Sequence record: MN871451.1
Reading direction: 5' to 3' (one strand)
DNA length: 64,000 nucleotides
Shown in pieces: positions 9,879 through 19,946 of the stretch (positions are counted from its first letter, which is position 1; every line of letters starts with the position of its first letter). A program made the translations under genes and the position numbers. The notes beneath the pieces were generated by a model that saw only the letters and a program-made list of their open reading frames with translations, made no database searches and was not told the origin of the DNA.

Positions 9879-10709
9879 TTATGCGCCACCGCCAATCAAA
9901 TTACGGAGATACCACGAGTTACGTGTATCATCGTTACTGAACTGAACCATCTGCCATTCGTTCTCGTAATACTCAGAATACTGTTCAGCAGCATCAGAGT
10001 AGCTGTCCACGACATTTTGGATCTCTCCCAGCTCGGTACCACCTGAAAGATACCCGCCGTTCAACTTAACTTTTAACGTGTTGTAGATGTACGCTTTACA
10101 AGCCAGTTGACAGAGTTTGGAGAACTGTGGAACTGCACGGGGACCGATAGAATTCATCTCGGAATCGTGGCTCACTAAACAAACCAATGAACCTTGTGTA
10201 ATCGAGCCGATATAGTCGTTAATCGTTACCGTGTTTTCACCGATCAATCTTACTGCCGCGGTACCGGTAGCATCGGAGTTCGCGGAGGATTGTAGGATTC
10301 GACTGGCCTGTGCCATTAACGGTGAGTTACCACACGTGTTGCTCGAGTAGTTATTGGCCATGTAGCCACCAACTTGACCGATCGCCCCGGTGTAGTAGTA
10401 ATAGTTAAAGTAAGTGGGGAGCACGATAGAACGTCCGCCGGTTAATGACTTAGGGATTCTTACCGTGTTGCGGTAAAGACCGCTGGTATCGTAAGTTACT
10501 TCTGCGTTTGCCAGCGGAATGTTCATTTCCAGCGCACCCAGTAAATTACAATCGGGTCTGACTTTCGCGTCGATCACTTTGTTACGAATTTCCCAATCCA
10601 ATGAACCGGGTCGTTTTCTTTCCAACCCGACGTCACCTAAAAAGGCAACTTCGAGTACCTCTTTAGGAATGATAAAACGAATATCAGAAATCACTTTCTG
10701 TAACACCAT
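9879..10709 (-). CDS. Conserved chimallivirus protein, probably virion structural
   Basis: 276 aa, divergent from tubulin, which matches phiKZ-like synteny. Confidence 0.5.
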   Translation of the reverse strand: MVLQKVISDIRFIIPKEVLEVAFLGDVGLERKRPGSLDWEIRNKVIDAKVRPDCNLLGALEMNIPLANAEVTYDTSGLYRNTVRIPKSLTGGRSIVLPTYFNYYYYTGAIGQVGGYMANNYSSNTCGNSPLMAQASRILQSSANSDATGTAAVRLIGENTVTINDYIGSITQGSLVCLVSHDSEMNSIGPRAVPQFSKLCQLACKAYIYNTLKVKLNGGYLSGGTELGEIQNVVDSYSDAAEQYSEYYENEWQMVQFSNDDTRNSWYLRNLIGGGA

Positions 10710-10795
10710 CTTTGAGATCCTCCATCGATTATTTTACGTCTTGTTATAAAGTACTATGATACGACTTTTGGTCCAACATAAGGAGCGACCGTATT

Positions 10796-11764
10796 ATGTC
10801 ATCGAATAACACAGTAACTATTTACGGCGCAGGTGGTGCGGGTATCGACATCCTCACTAAACTCATGCGCACCGATCTTTCTGAACTTGCTAACGTCAAA
10901 GAAGCGTATGTTGACGGTAGTCGTTCCAACGTTTCCGAGCGGTCTGTTCAAGACCCTGACAAATGGTATTTCCTCGAGGGCGTAGACGGCGCAGGGAAAA
11001 TCCGTAAAACCAACTACGACGTCACGAACCGAAGCATCAGCGACATTCTCTTTAAGTTGAAGCCGTCCGATCTCAACATTCTGATCTTCTCCGCCTCCGG
11101 CGGCAGCGGTTCGGTCATTGGTCCGAAACTGATCGAAGCGCTTTATGCGCAGAATAAAGCGGTGCTGGTCTTTTTAGTCGGTTCGACAGAATCGGGTAAT
11201 ACCACCGAAAACACCATGAAGACTATTTCGTCGCTGCGTAACATTGCGATCAAGAACAATCAGTTCTGTAACGTCTGTTACGAGAGCAATGAGAACAACC
11301 TGCGCAACGCCGAAGTCGATGCGATCATGATCGCTACCATCCGCGCCGTTCTGGATCTTTATTCCGGGAAACATCATGGACTGGATTCTGCGGACGTACT
11401 GACCTGGGCGAAACCCGTTCTTGGTGCAGGCGTAAGCCCGGAGCTCGGTCTCCTTGACGTCTTCCAGGACCGTGATGATGCAGTGAGCGTTAACGCACCT
11501 ATTTCAGTTGCGGAACTCTACGGCGACAACAAGCCGGTAGCCGGTACTATCCCAGCGGACTATAACACGTTCGGTACCCGTAAACGTACAGGGGAAGATT
11601 CGCTTTATTTTGTCATTCATACAGATGGACTGAATGAGATCTTAATGGAACTTCGCCAAACGTTTGACGACTACGAACAACGTCGCGCTGCACGCGATAA
11701 GAAGTCCAAGGCTGCGCAGAACTTTATCCGTGGCGATGTTCAGGGCGACGGGATGGAACTCTAG
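10796..11764 (+). CDS. phuZ: Phage tubulin PhuZ/TubZ
   Basis: GAGGAG N-terminal loop, GAGK, SASGGSGSVIG tubulin signature, DSAD T7 loop, C-terminal GDGMEL tail. Confidence 0.95.
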   Translation: MSSNNTVTIYGAGGAGIDILTKLMRTDLSELANVKEAYVDGSRSNVSERSVQDPDKWYFLEGVDGAGKIRKTNYDVTNRSISDILFKLKPSDLNILIFSASGGSGSVIGPKLIEALYAQNKAVLVFLVGSTESGNTTENTMKTISSLRNIAIKNNQFCNVCYESNENNLRNAEVDAIMIATIRAVLDLYSGKHHGLDSADVLTWAKPVLGAGVSPELGLLDVFQDRDDAVSVNAPISVAELYGDNKPVAGTIPADYNTFGTRKRTGEDSLYFVIHTDGLNEILMELRQTFDDYEQRRAARDKKSKAAQNFIRGDVQGDGMEL

Positions 11765-11812
11765 TCGTTAGTATGTAGGACTTTTATCTGCTTCAATCAT
11801 TTAAGATCATCA

Positions 11813-11846
11813 ACGGAGCGGGGTTTTCCCGCTCCGTCTTTTTTAT
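11813..11846 (+). terminator. Intrinsic terminator after phuZ
   Basis: ACGGAGCGGG-GTTTT-CCCGCTCCGT hairpin followed by a T run. Confidence 0.85.
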
Positions 11847-11874
11847 TTTGTTTTGTTGGAAAAGAAATAGGACA

Positions 11875-11890
11875 TATATTACCCTATTGA
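11875..11890 (+). promoter_or_regulatory. Putative early promoter
   Basis: TATATTAC-CC-TATTGA. Confidence 0.7.
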
Positions 11891-11968
11891 ACATAGTTGT
11901 AATCGCTTTGTACGGGTTTATCAATTTATTTGATAGATAGTACTACTGACAGTAAAAAGAGGCTTAGA

Positions 11969-12379
11969 ATGACTTACAGGAAGTCTGGTGACGTCATGAT
12001 TGTTAAAGGCGAGATCCCAAAGATCTTTTACTGGATTAATTCACCTTATCACGGTATTTTCACCGTGAAAGAAATTTTCTACGCGACCTGGATGACGTGG
12101 TTTCATTTCCGGGAAAGAAAGCATTGGGCGCAAGGGATCTATTTGTTAACCGATAAGGTAGAACCCAGCAAAATGCTACCGGGTAGAGATAAACGTGATT
12201 TTAACGCAATGATCGAAGCGATCTTCAATCGAGTTAATGAAAAAGAAAAGGAACTCACTACGCTCTTTCAATTGGAGGGTGTCCCGCGTCATTATCGTGT
12301 CCTCGACTTTTCTTTCCAACACAATCATTTTGAAATTACACTGGGAACTGAAGACCATGTTGATTGTCATCGATATTAA
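11969..12379 (+). CDS. Small protein, member 1 of diverged paralog array
   Basis: ATG 11969 with GAGG RBS; C-terminal RVLDFSFQHNHFEITLG. Confidence 0.65.
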   Translation: MTYRKSGDVMIVKGEIPKIFYWINSPYHGIFTVKEIFYATWMTWFHFRERKHWAQGIYLLTDKVEPSKMLPGRDKRDFNAMIEAIFNRVNEKEKELTTLFQLEGVPRHYRVLDFSFQHNHFEITLGTEDHVDCHRY

Positions 12380-12761
12380 GCATTTTCTCGATATGACACC
12401 GACAATGGATCGGTTCTATCGGTTAAGGATTTTAGCCCACTGGTTAGACCGGACGTATAACACGATTCCGCCTGAGTATTTAATTATTGATAATGACCAT
12501 TGGGAGACAGAGAAGATATGGCAAGTAGCCAGGGTATTGGAAAAAGAGTACGGTGGCGTACCATTGAAACTTCCGGTTAATCTGCTTCATATCGAATCGC
12601 TCGATATACAACGGAACGCATTAATGGTTTGGGTAGATGATGAAGAGTTTCGTCAGAGGAATCCTGATTTATGGCAGTGCAAAAATATCTCTTCGAAATC
12701 CCCCCGGCGCTTAAGGTCTTCACCGACGGCTATAAGGGTCTCTGGCGGGATCAGATTATAG
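12357..12761 (+). CDS. Small protein, paralog array
   Basis: MLIVIDIKH... and HIESLDIQRNALMVWVD. Confidence 0.65.
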   Translation: MLIVIDIKHFLDMTPTMDRFYRLRILAHWLDRTYNTIPPEYLIIDNDHWETEKIWQVARVLEKEYGGVPLKLPVNLLHIESLDIQRNALMVWVDDEEFRQRNPDLWQCKNISSKSPRRLRSSPTAIRVSGGIRL

Positions 12762-13075
12762 ACGCTTTCCTTTCTACCGCGTACCACTGGGAAAAAGGAA
12801 AAGCTAAAGATTATAACAAACTGTTCATTGAGATTTATTACTCGAACAACATTGACCCGCTGGAAAGCGATTTTGAAACGATTCCCGATGATCCTTATTA
12901 TCGGGACCAGTTATCGTTTTACATGTCTCTTCAGGAAGAAATTGAAAAAATGAAAAATACAGGCGTATTAGAAAAAATCCTTAGCGATCTTCGTTCTCAA
13001 TGGGATCGATACGGTATTTACGGTGAATGTTACACGGAACGGATGAACTCACGTACCTATCTTGTTTATCGATAA
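12671..13075 (+). CDS. Small protein, paralog array
   Basis: 134 aa, overlapping its neighbours. Confidence 0.65.
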   Translation: MAVQKYLFEIPPALKVFTDGYKGLWRDQIIDAFLSTAYHWEKGKAKDYNKLFIEIYYSNNIDPLESDFETIPDDPYYRDQLSFYMSLQEEIEKMKNTGVLEKILSDLRSQWDRYGIYGECYTERMNSRTYLVYR

Positions 13076-13085
13076 GGTCTCTATT

Positions 13086-13589
13086 ATGCGTTATGTTATT
13101 GATATTGATTATCTCGCCAGACGACTATCGTCCATTCTCTATTCAGTCCGTCGCCAACACAGTGTTATCGACCGGTACGCTGACAAGAACCTTCGTGTAG
13201 AAGATCTTAAGGAAACCGCCCTCCGTCTCTTTTGGAATGCCATCAATAAAGACGCTAAATATCCTTGGGAATGTTGGGACGACGATGCTGCTATTCGTGG
13301 TTGGTTTAAAGGTTACACGTTAGAGCCTATTGGTTTTAATCCGTACAACGAAGAGATCGTGGATGAGCCGTCCCAAGAACTCTACCGCGAAGTTATCGAT
13401 ATCTTTATCGTGTTCGCGGTAGAGTATTTTCGTGACATGGGGATACGAAAAAATAGGTTCTGGGATGAAATTGTGGTGGTCGAAGTCAGAAACAACGCAT
13501 TGATTGTCGAGAACCTTGGCGATTGGCGAATTCGGGATTGGGAAAGGATACAACGAGAAAAACGTGAAGAACAAAATAGAGATTATTGA
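13086..13589 (+). CDS. Small protein, paralog array
   Basis: MRYVIDIDY... and IVVVEVRNNALIVENLGD. Confidence 0.7.
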   Translation: MRYVIDIDYLARRLSSILYSVRRQHSVIDRYADKNLRVEDLKETALRLFWNAINKDAKYPWECWDDDAAIRGWFKGYTLEPIGFNPYNEEIVDEPSQELYREVIDIFIVFAVEYFRDMGIRKNRFWDEIVVVEVRNNALIVENLGDWRIRDWERIQREKREEQNRDY

Positions 13590-13926
13590 CATCGCGTTAT
13601 TACGACCTCGCCTCGAGAAGATCTACCGTTGCTTTTTCTCTGACACTTTAGAGCCGGTGACGTTTGGCGAGGCGTATGGTTTACTTTTGCTCTTTAGTCT
13701 GGAGAAACTGATTTATGGTTACTCTACGATGGAACAGCGGTTACTTTCCGTTTTTTCTACGCCTGAACTAAATTTATCTGATACTGACGCACTTCTGGAA
13801 TTGTCGCTACAAGAAATCAAAACGTTTCTTGAGAAAACAAGCGAAGAACGTATCATTGACTATTATGGATGGGAGATCTCACGTGACCAACGGTCGATTA
13901 GATTATTCACAAACCTTCATCTATGA
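13564..13926 (+). CDS. Small protein, paralog array
   Basis: Probable GTG start; IEIIDIALLRPRL; C-terminal WEISRDQRSIRLF. Confidence 0.6.
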   Translation: MKNKIEIIDIALLRPRLEKIYRCFFSDTLEPVTFGEAYGLLLLFSLEKLIYGYSTMEQRLLSVFSTPELNLSDTDALLELSLQEIKTFLEKTSEERIIDYYGWEISRDQRSIRLFTNLHL

Positions 13927-14296
13927 CCTGCATTGGGACGCGTCAGAAATAAAGAAAATAGAAAACCTATACTCAATACACAGCCGGGAGATTATTCTCC
14001 CGGCTTTTCTATTTTCTTTATCACGTTACCAAAGAACCTTCTTCATGCCCTTCTTTTTCAAGGCTAACGAAGAAGCGGAAAAGGTCTTAGATAACTTATT
14101 GTGCTCCGACGGAATGGAACATCTGGACGAGAAGCTCAAAGAAGAATTCAAGCGAAATTTCTACATCGATATTCAATTATTAGGCTCGAAGATATCAAGG
14201 AAGACTTTAGCCATGAAAGATATCGTTTTGAGTCCTGATCAAATCAGAAACGTAAGATTCGTTAGAGGAGACCTCTATGTTACCGTCAGTGACTGA
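13829..14296 (+). CDS. Small protein, paralog array
   Basis: Up to 155 aa, start uncertain; C-terminal IRNVRFVRGDLYVTVSD. Confidence 0.6.
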   Translation: MRKQAKNVSLTIMDGRSHVTNGRLDYSQTFIYDLHWDASEIKKIENLYSIHSREIILPAFLFSLSRYQRTFFMPFFFKANEEAEKVLDNLLCSDGMEHLDEKLKEEFKRNFYIDIQLLGSKISRKTLAMKDIVLSPDQIRNVRFVRGDLYVTVSD

Positions 14297-14687
14297 AACT
14301 ACGACACGTCTTTTTGTTTTGCCTTATCGAAGAGAGACCGCTGCCATACTGCACGAACTGATGTATTGCGATTTACTCTATCGCCGACTTGTTCTGCAAA
14401 TGATATTCGACTTCATTATCGGCACCGACGAAGAAAATCTATCGTTATCGGGTACGCGGCGTATCAGAGTTGAAATCGAGAATTTCTTACGTTCGTATCC
14501 GCACGCTAAGATGCCGGATGTTACGACGCAAGAGTTGATAGAGACAGCAGAAGAACTCTTCGTCTCGTTTTATCGTGATTATCGACGGGAGATACGAAGT
14601 AACTTTTCACGTTCCCCCCGTATTGATTTTGTAGAATTACGCCACCACGGCATCGCCTTCCAACTGACTGTTCGCAGAGGATCTTAA
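14277..14687 (+). CDS. Small protein, paralog array
   Basis: 136 aa; C-terminal IDFVELRHHGIAFQL. Confidence 0.65.
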   Translation: MLPSVTETTTRLFVLPYRRETAAILHELMYCDLLYRRLVLQMIFDFIIGTDEENLSLSGTRRIRVEIENFLRSYPHAKMPDVTTQELIETAEELFVSFYRDYRREIRSNFSRSPRIDFVELRHHGIAFQLTVRRGS

Positions 14688-15151
14688 TGTCCCGTTTCTT
14701 TCGTACTATCTTAATCTTTACGGTGAAGGATTGGCCAACGTCAAACTTTCACCTTTTCTTCAGTCGATATATCGATGGGTTTAATCGTTATATCCCCCGA
14801 AACAAAATTCGTTTTGAAGTGACTGACTTTATCGGCTGTACCATCGCTTATGTATTGGACGTTAAGCACTTCGGTCAGCAGGAGGCATCGGAAAGACTCG
14901 ATGACACGATTGATCTTTTCTTTGTCCCTGATGCAGATGATCCCAGCGATCAGTTACGGTTAGATAGGGGTACTCGACACCGGTTGCTTTGTTACATTGA
15001 AGATATGGCTGAAGTGATTGCGACCGATTTACTGTTGTCCTTCGAGAGGAGTCAACTCCGATATCACGAAGATATCGATATCGGCGACGTACTCTTACGA
15101 AACAACGCAATCTCATTTGTAGTGGAGGACCTTAGCCGGGAGGTATGGTGA
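14687..15151 (+). CDS. Small protein, paralog array
   Basis: TAATG coupling; C-terminal IGDVLLRNNAISFVVED. Confidence 0.7.
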   Translation: MSRFFRTILIFTVKDWPTSNFHLFFSRYIDGFNRYIPRNKIRFEVTDFIGCTIAYVLDVKHFGQQEASERLDDTIDLFFVPDADDPSDQLRLDRGTRHRLLCYIEDMAEVIATDLLLSFERSQLRYHEDIDIGDVLLRNNAISFVVEDLSREVW

Positions 15152-15573
15152 AAAACAAAAATGCAACGTTGGTTGTTTTACCCTGCCAGTCTTTTTATTC
15201 TGGTTTATCGACGCTCCTAGATAATATGCCAAGAGATGTCTGGATAAAAGCACGTGATCTTTCGTCGCTTTTTGTCGAAGATATTTTGGAACCGGAAAAA
15301 ATGGCGATGCACCCCGAGGTCTTAAAAGGATTCTTTATTGCGAGTGATCCTGGTTTACTCGAGTACGGCATGGAAATCATTCTGGAAAACTACGATTGTC
15401 TCCATACTCGACTTTACCGTGAGATGGAGAAAGTCCATCCCTTCCTATTAGAGAAACGTTATCATCTTGAGAACTTATTCCTGTACACGGGAAGTTATTC
15501 TCTTGGTTTAAGGATTGAAGAACATGAAAATAAAAGTTCTTACTTCCCTTGTACGACTCCCTTTAATCTTTAG
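15145..15573 (+). CDS. Small protein, paralog array
   Basis: 142 aa with GGAGG RBS; C-terminal LENLFLYTGSYSLGLRIE. Confidence 0.65.
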   Translation: MVKNKNATLVVLPCQSFYSGLSTLLDNMPRDVWIKARDLSSLFVEDILEPEKMAMHPEVLKGFFIASDPGLLEYGMEIILENYDCLHTRLYREMEKVHPFLLEKRYHLENLFLYTGSYSLGLRIEEHENKSSYFPCTTPFNL

Positions 15574-15874
15574 TTATTTTTATCAGGGTCTTTTAGACGA
15601 AGTCCAATGCGATGAAGATGATGATACGGTTATTGACATCGAATACCTAAAGGACTCGACCAGGAAGCTCGTATTGGAAGTCATTGACAGCGGATTGAAA
15701 ACTACTGTTCCTTCTATTGAACACGGTGAGATTGCTGGTCATCTTTTTCTCACCCACGAAACCTTGAAAGAACGAGTGGAAGAAATCACCAGTAAAACAA
15801 CCTTTCGTTATGTAGACCTCGAGTACTTCGACTCTACTACGTTAATGTTGCTTTTCGAATCGGGAGAAAATTAA
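15524..15874 (+). CDS. Small protein, paralog array
   Basis: ATG 15524; C-terminal YVDLEYFDSTTLMLLFE. Confidence 0.6.
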   Translation: MKIKVLTSLVRLPLIFSYFYQGLLDEVQCDEDDDTVIDIEYLKDSTRKLVLEVIDSGLKTTVPSIEHGEIAGHLFLTHETLKERVEEITSKTTFRYVDLEYFDSTTLMLLFESGEN

Positions 15875-16297
15875 ATGACGTCTACAGACCTCATCCTCGG
15901 TAAATTTACACTGAACTCCACGGTGACCTTTCAGGTTTATCCGTCTGCGCTTTACGGGGATGTTTTCCGTAACGTGGTTCCGACTGACATTGTGTCGGCC
16001 AGAGGTGCTACTAAATTCGGTATTGACCCGGAAGCAGAGCACGCGAAGGTTTATCCTCTTCTGCCATCGGGTAGCGTTGAAGACAATGCCCGTTCTTACA
16101 ACTGGTTGGTATTGGCCTTAGAAGACGGCACAGAACGCGTCATCGGATTACCCTGGATCAAAGTTGATACGATCAACGTTGTTGAGACAGTGAATGCCCT
16201 TGTCACTATTCCCGGGATTGGTACAGGCGATATTGAAAAGATCCGGCTGGCGATTAACAGCGCAGGCTTCAACAATTTCACCATCGTCACCAGTTAA
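15875..16297 (+). CDS. Conserved chimallivirus protein upstream of DNA polymerase
   Basis: 140 aa, starts immediately after the upstream stop; synteny with phiKZ-like genomes. Confidence 0.6.
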   Translation: MTSTDLILGKFTLNSTVTFQVYPSALYGDVFRNVVPTDIVSARGATKFGIDPEAEHAKVYPLLPSGSVEDNARSYNWLVLALEDGTERVIGLPWIKVDTINVVETVNALVTIPGIGTGDIEKIRLAINSAGFNNFTIVTS

Positions 16298-16302
16298 CTA
16301 TT

Positions 16303-16356
16303 CTCTTCTCCTGTAACCGAAAGGTTACAGGAGAAGGTTATCTTTTCTTTTTTTCT
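16303..16356 (+). terminator. Intrinsic terminator
   Basis: CTTCTCCTGTAACC-GAAA-GGTTACAGGAGAAG hairpin followed by T-rich sequence. Confidence 0.8.
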
Positions 16357-16409
16357 TTTTTCAGTGACCGTACTATTCCTGTAGAAGACCGATTACATAG
16401 GACGATAGC

Positions 16410-18626
16410 GTGAAAGTTTCTAACCCATTTACGCGCACCGCTAAGGATTACCATCGAGACCTTGGCGTGCACGAGTCGTACATTATTCAAACTGCTTTAT
16501 TCATACAACGCAGCACTGGAAGACCTTTCGAAGAATGTCGTGACTTTGTTGTCGAGGAACTGAAAAACCCGGATAACGGCGTGACCGATCCTGTTTTTTG
16601 CATGTTGGAACGCGATGAGAATCTGGATCAAAAACCGATTATGGTACCTTTCTCACAGTACCTCAAAGACATTCTCGATAACGAATGGTTAATGGCACCT
16701 ACGTTCACGACCGTGTTACCGCCGCACCAAAAGTTATCGTTACTCTCTGAATATATCAAAGGTAACTTGAAAAAGCGCTCCGCCGAAAAACATGAAATGT
16801 TTGAAGCGAAGAAAGTCGGTAACTTTATTAAGGCAACCTTCCACAACAACAATCAGAACAACAAAAAGATTCTGAACAACGCCATCTCCGGTAACCACCG
16901 TTCTGAGCACTCACCGCTTTACGACCGCTCAACGCACCCGGTATTGACAAGTTGCTGTCGTATTGCCAACGGTATTGCCAACTCCAACAATGACCGTTTA
17001 TTGTCTGGCTCTCGCCACTATTGGCGACCTGATGTTGTCTACGCTAACTTGACCAGTATTCTTGAACTGACCGATTGGGCAAAAGTAGAAAATACCGTTA
17101 AGAAGTTTAATCTGCATATCCCGTCGGTTGAAGAAACGTTAGCGGTACTGTCGTATTCGTCTGACCTCTACTGGCGATCAGAAGGGGGAGACCGCAATTT
17201 AAAACGTTTCCTGAAAGGCTGTAGCGATTACGAACGAGCAGCGTTCGTTTACATGGGCGACCTTTATCATATTCGTCAGTTCAACGAGGCGATTGTAAGG
17301 GATCTGATTCGTGGTTTAGTCACTCCAGCAGAAACGCCGGTACCTGACTACGAAGGATGGATGAAGTTTGTCGATGAAGACACCATCGCACAGATCACGG
17401 TTATGTTCCCGGAAATCATTGGCGATAAAAACCCGTTCCACGAAGAAGTTATTGCTAAAGCCGATTACTGGCGTTTAGGTTCCACCTGTGCACTCATTTA
17501 CCAGACGCTGGACAAATATAAAGAAATCATCGATACGTTCCTGATGTCAAGAAACATCCCGTTCCTGATTTCTGACTTCCCCCATGCCGTTAGACGCAGT
17601 GGTGTAGGGTCTGATACCGACTCCGCTATCTTTACGGTTCAGGATTGGATTCGTTGGTACTCTGATAATGATTTGCTAACGAAAGAAAACATCATTCTAG
17701 CTGAAGGGATTGCGTTCCTTGTCTCGCAGACGACCACGCATAACCTTGCTACCATGACCGTAAACATGGGTGTTCAGGACGAGAAAGAAGTCTTCCGTCT
17801 GGCAATGAAGAACGAATTCCTTTTCCCGGTGTTCATGTTGACCAGTCGTGCTAAGCACTATGCGGCAAACAAACGCGTACAAGAAGGGGTCTATATCGAA
17901 GACCGAGAGAAGAAAGGCGTAGAGCTCATTGCTTCCAACTCACCAGCCGGAGTACGTAAAGATCTTGATTTGATGATCGAAGAGATTGTCGACAGTGTTA
18001 CGGAAGGGAAAATGTTGGAACTGAGCCGTTACTTACGGTGGGTAGCCCGGTGGGAGTATACGATCTACGAATCGATTCGTAAAGGGGAGACCACGTACCT
18101 TAAAGCGGCACGTGTTAAAGAAGAGGAAGGGTACACTAAGAAGACCGAAGAACAGAATACGCCGTATCTGAACTACGAACTGTGGCAAGAAGTCTTTGCG
18201 CCGAAGTTTGGTCTTATTGAACCGCCGCCATACTCAGCGTTGTCGTTCAGTATTATCCACGATACGAAAACCAAAACGGAGAAATGGTTAGCGAACTGGA
18301 AAGATCAGGAAATGGCGAAACGAATGCGACAATTCCTGGCAGCGAAGAATAAGACTTATTTGGGTCGTATCCTGCTGCCAGAAAGTATTGTCATGTCAAT
18401 CGGGATTCCAGAGGATATCCTTGAGGCGACAAACATTCGTAAAATTATCGGCAGCGCCATGTCACCTTTCTACCTGGTTCTTGAGTCACTGGAATACTAC
18501 CTCTTTGATAAAGACCAATCTAAACTGGTCTTTGATCAAATTTCTCGTGAGGATGCTTTCTCTGACTTTAACGAAGTGGAATCAGCACTTCGTCCAACAG
18601 AACCTGTAGAGTATCTTGAGGATTAA
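16410..18626 (+). CDS. Family B DNA polymerase, polymerase-domain subunit (phiKZ gp50-like split polymerase)
   Basis: KKRSAEK...NNQNNKKILNNAISG (motif B-like), GSDTDS (motif C), AKHYA; located upstream of chimallin; GTG start. Confidence 0.85.
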   Translation: MKVSNPFTRTAKDYHRDLGVHESYIIQTALFIQRSTGRPFEECRDFVVEELKNPDNGVTDPVFCMLERDENLDQKPIMVPFSQYLKDILDNEWLMAPTFTTVLPPHQKLSLLSEYIKGNLKKRSAEKHEMFEAKKVGNFIKATFHNNNQNNKKILNNAISGNHRSEHSPLYDRSTHPVLTSCCRIANGIANSNNDRLLSGSRHYWRPDVVYANLTSILELTDWAKVENTVKKFNLHIPSVEETLAVLSYSSDLYWRSEGGDRNLKRFLKGCSDYERAAFVYMGDLYHIRQFNEAIVRDLIRGLVTPAETPVPDYEGWMKFVDEDTIAQITVMFPEIIGDKNPFHEEVIAKADYWRLGSTCALIYQTLDKYKEIIDTFLMSRNIPFLISDFPHAVRRSGVGSDTDSAIFTVQDWIRWYSDNDLLTKENIILAEGIAFLVSQTTTHNLATMTVNMGVQDEKEVFRLAMKNEFLFPVFMLTSRAKHYAANKRVQEGVYIEDREKKGVELIASNSPAGVRKDLDLMIEEIVDSVTEGKMLELSRYLRWVARWEYTIYESIRKGETTYLKAARVKEEEGYTKKTEEQNTPYLNYELWQEVFAPKFGLIEPPPYSALSFSIIHDTKTKTEKWLANWKDQEMAKRMRQFLAAKNKTYLGRILLPESIVMSIGIPEDILEATNIRKIIGSAMSPFYLVLESLEYYLFDKDQSKLVFDQISREDAFSDFNEVESALRPTEPVEYLED

Positions 18627-19662
18627 TCCCCGTTATCGGTGTCAGGTAACCTCCGTTAACAAAACGCGCGTACCAACGTTCCAGTTGAGTTTTTACACTA
18701 CCGTTGTCTTTAGACCCTGTTTCACCAGAAAGACGGGACAGGGTACTTAAGTACGGTAAATTTGCCAATGTGTAAAGACCGAGGTTCTGACGGTTGAAAA
18801 AGATATCCGGGATCGTAATCGCTTCAAGAAGTGTTTCTGTAAATAACCCGGGGATTTGTGCCGGAAGGTCAATGAAGCGCCGCGGAGCGCTTCTGGCGCG
18901 TTGTAACCACTGTTCCCAGACTTTATCAACCAGTGGACGTAAATCGTAGATTGCCAAGCCGTGTCGTGCGGCGTCATCGTTAACCGGGATATACCCTGTC
19001 GACAACCGAAGACGATTGAAGAAACAAAAATTCATGTCCTCTTCGATCATGTTGACTAAAGGGTACTGATAAACAAATTGGTTGATAGAAACGGGATGCG
19101 GGTTCGCTTCTGTACCGACGTTAAACTGCGACCAGTGCCGATACTGGACTGCCAGAAGACCGATGTCGATAGACAGGAAAGCGTTTCCTTTATAGTGACT
19201 AAAGTGCTGCCCGTCACGGGCGTTAAAAGAAAGCCCTGTCAGATTGTGCGAAATTGGGCGTACTGGAATAAGTTCTTGCCAGTAGTTCTTTGCGTCGAAT
19301 CGATAAGGGAGATCTTTTTCCTCAACGATGTAGAACTCGGTCATACCTTGACCGTAAAACCATGGTTTACTGGCTTTACCAGAAAGCACGGTTTCCGTAT
19401 TGAGGTTCAACGCCCTGTGTGTCAGTTTACTGGCGGAGTGACAGAATCGATAATACTGTTCATCGTTCATGTCTACCCGTGACGGTAAATGTTGAAGTAT
19501 CTGAATCAGTATATGATCACTCTCAACAGCACGGATGCTATTACGGTAATGTTGTTTAATGTTCTTTAAATTAATGCCGGCATTGTTGCGCAGCAAGGTG
19601 AGTTGTCCCGGAAAAAACGTCTTCACGGATTGACGGTTTAGAAATTCGAAAGCTGAGATCAT
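18568..19662 (-). CDS. Conserved chimallivirus protein, probable virion/head protein (phiKZ gp52-like position)
   Basis: 364 aa antisense gene between DNA polymerase and chimallin; synteny only. Confidence 0.55.
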   Translation of the reverse strand: MISAFEFLNRQSVKTFFPGQLTLLRNNAGINLKNIKQHYRNSIRAVESDHILIQILQHLPSRVDMNDEQYYRFCHSASKLTHRALNLNTETVLSGKASKPWFYGQGMTEFYIVEEKDLPYRFDAKNYWQELIPVRPISHNLTGLSFNARDGQHFSHYKGNAFLSIDIGLLAVQYRHWSQFNVGTEANPHPVSINQFVYQYPLVNMIEEDMNFCFFNRLRLSTGYIPVNDDAARHGLAIYDLRPLVDKVWEQWLQRARSAPRRFIDLPAQIPGLFTETLLEAITIPDIFFNRQNLGLYTLANLPYLSTLSRLSGETGSKDNGSVKTQLERWYARFVNGGYLTPITGINPQDTLQVLLDEVLIPLR

Positions 19663-19867
19663 TAGTTTTCTCCGAGCGACTAATCATTTTTAAAGTGCAT
19701 CTGCTATATTATGAAAGAACTCCTTCATAACGAAGGACTAGCCCTAAATGGGCATAATGACTATTATATGTAGAAAGTTCTAATCGGAAACCCGATTGAC
19801 TCTCTATTGAGTGAGGTCTATTATATCTCATCGCTATAAAAGACCCATTTCAAACTTTTTTCACATC

Positions 19868-19883
19868 TATATCACAATAGTGA
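19868..19883 (+). promoter_or_regulatory. Putative early promoter for chimallin
   Basis: TATATCAC-AATAGTGA about 70 nt upstream of the start codon. Confidence 0.55.
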
Positions 19884-19946
19884 AGAAGGTAATGAGTACC
19901 TTCAGAATCGCGATAAAAATTGTTTTAACTCCTAGGAGATTTAAAG

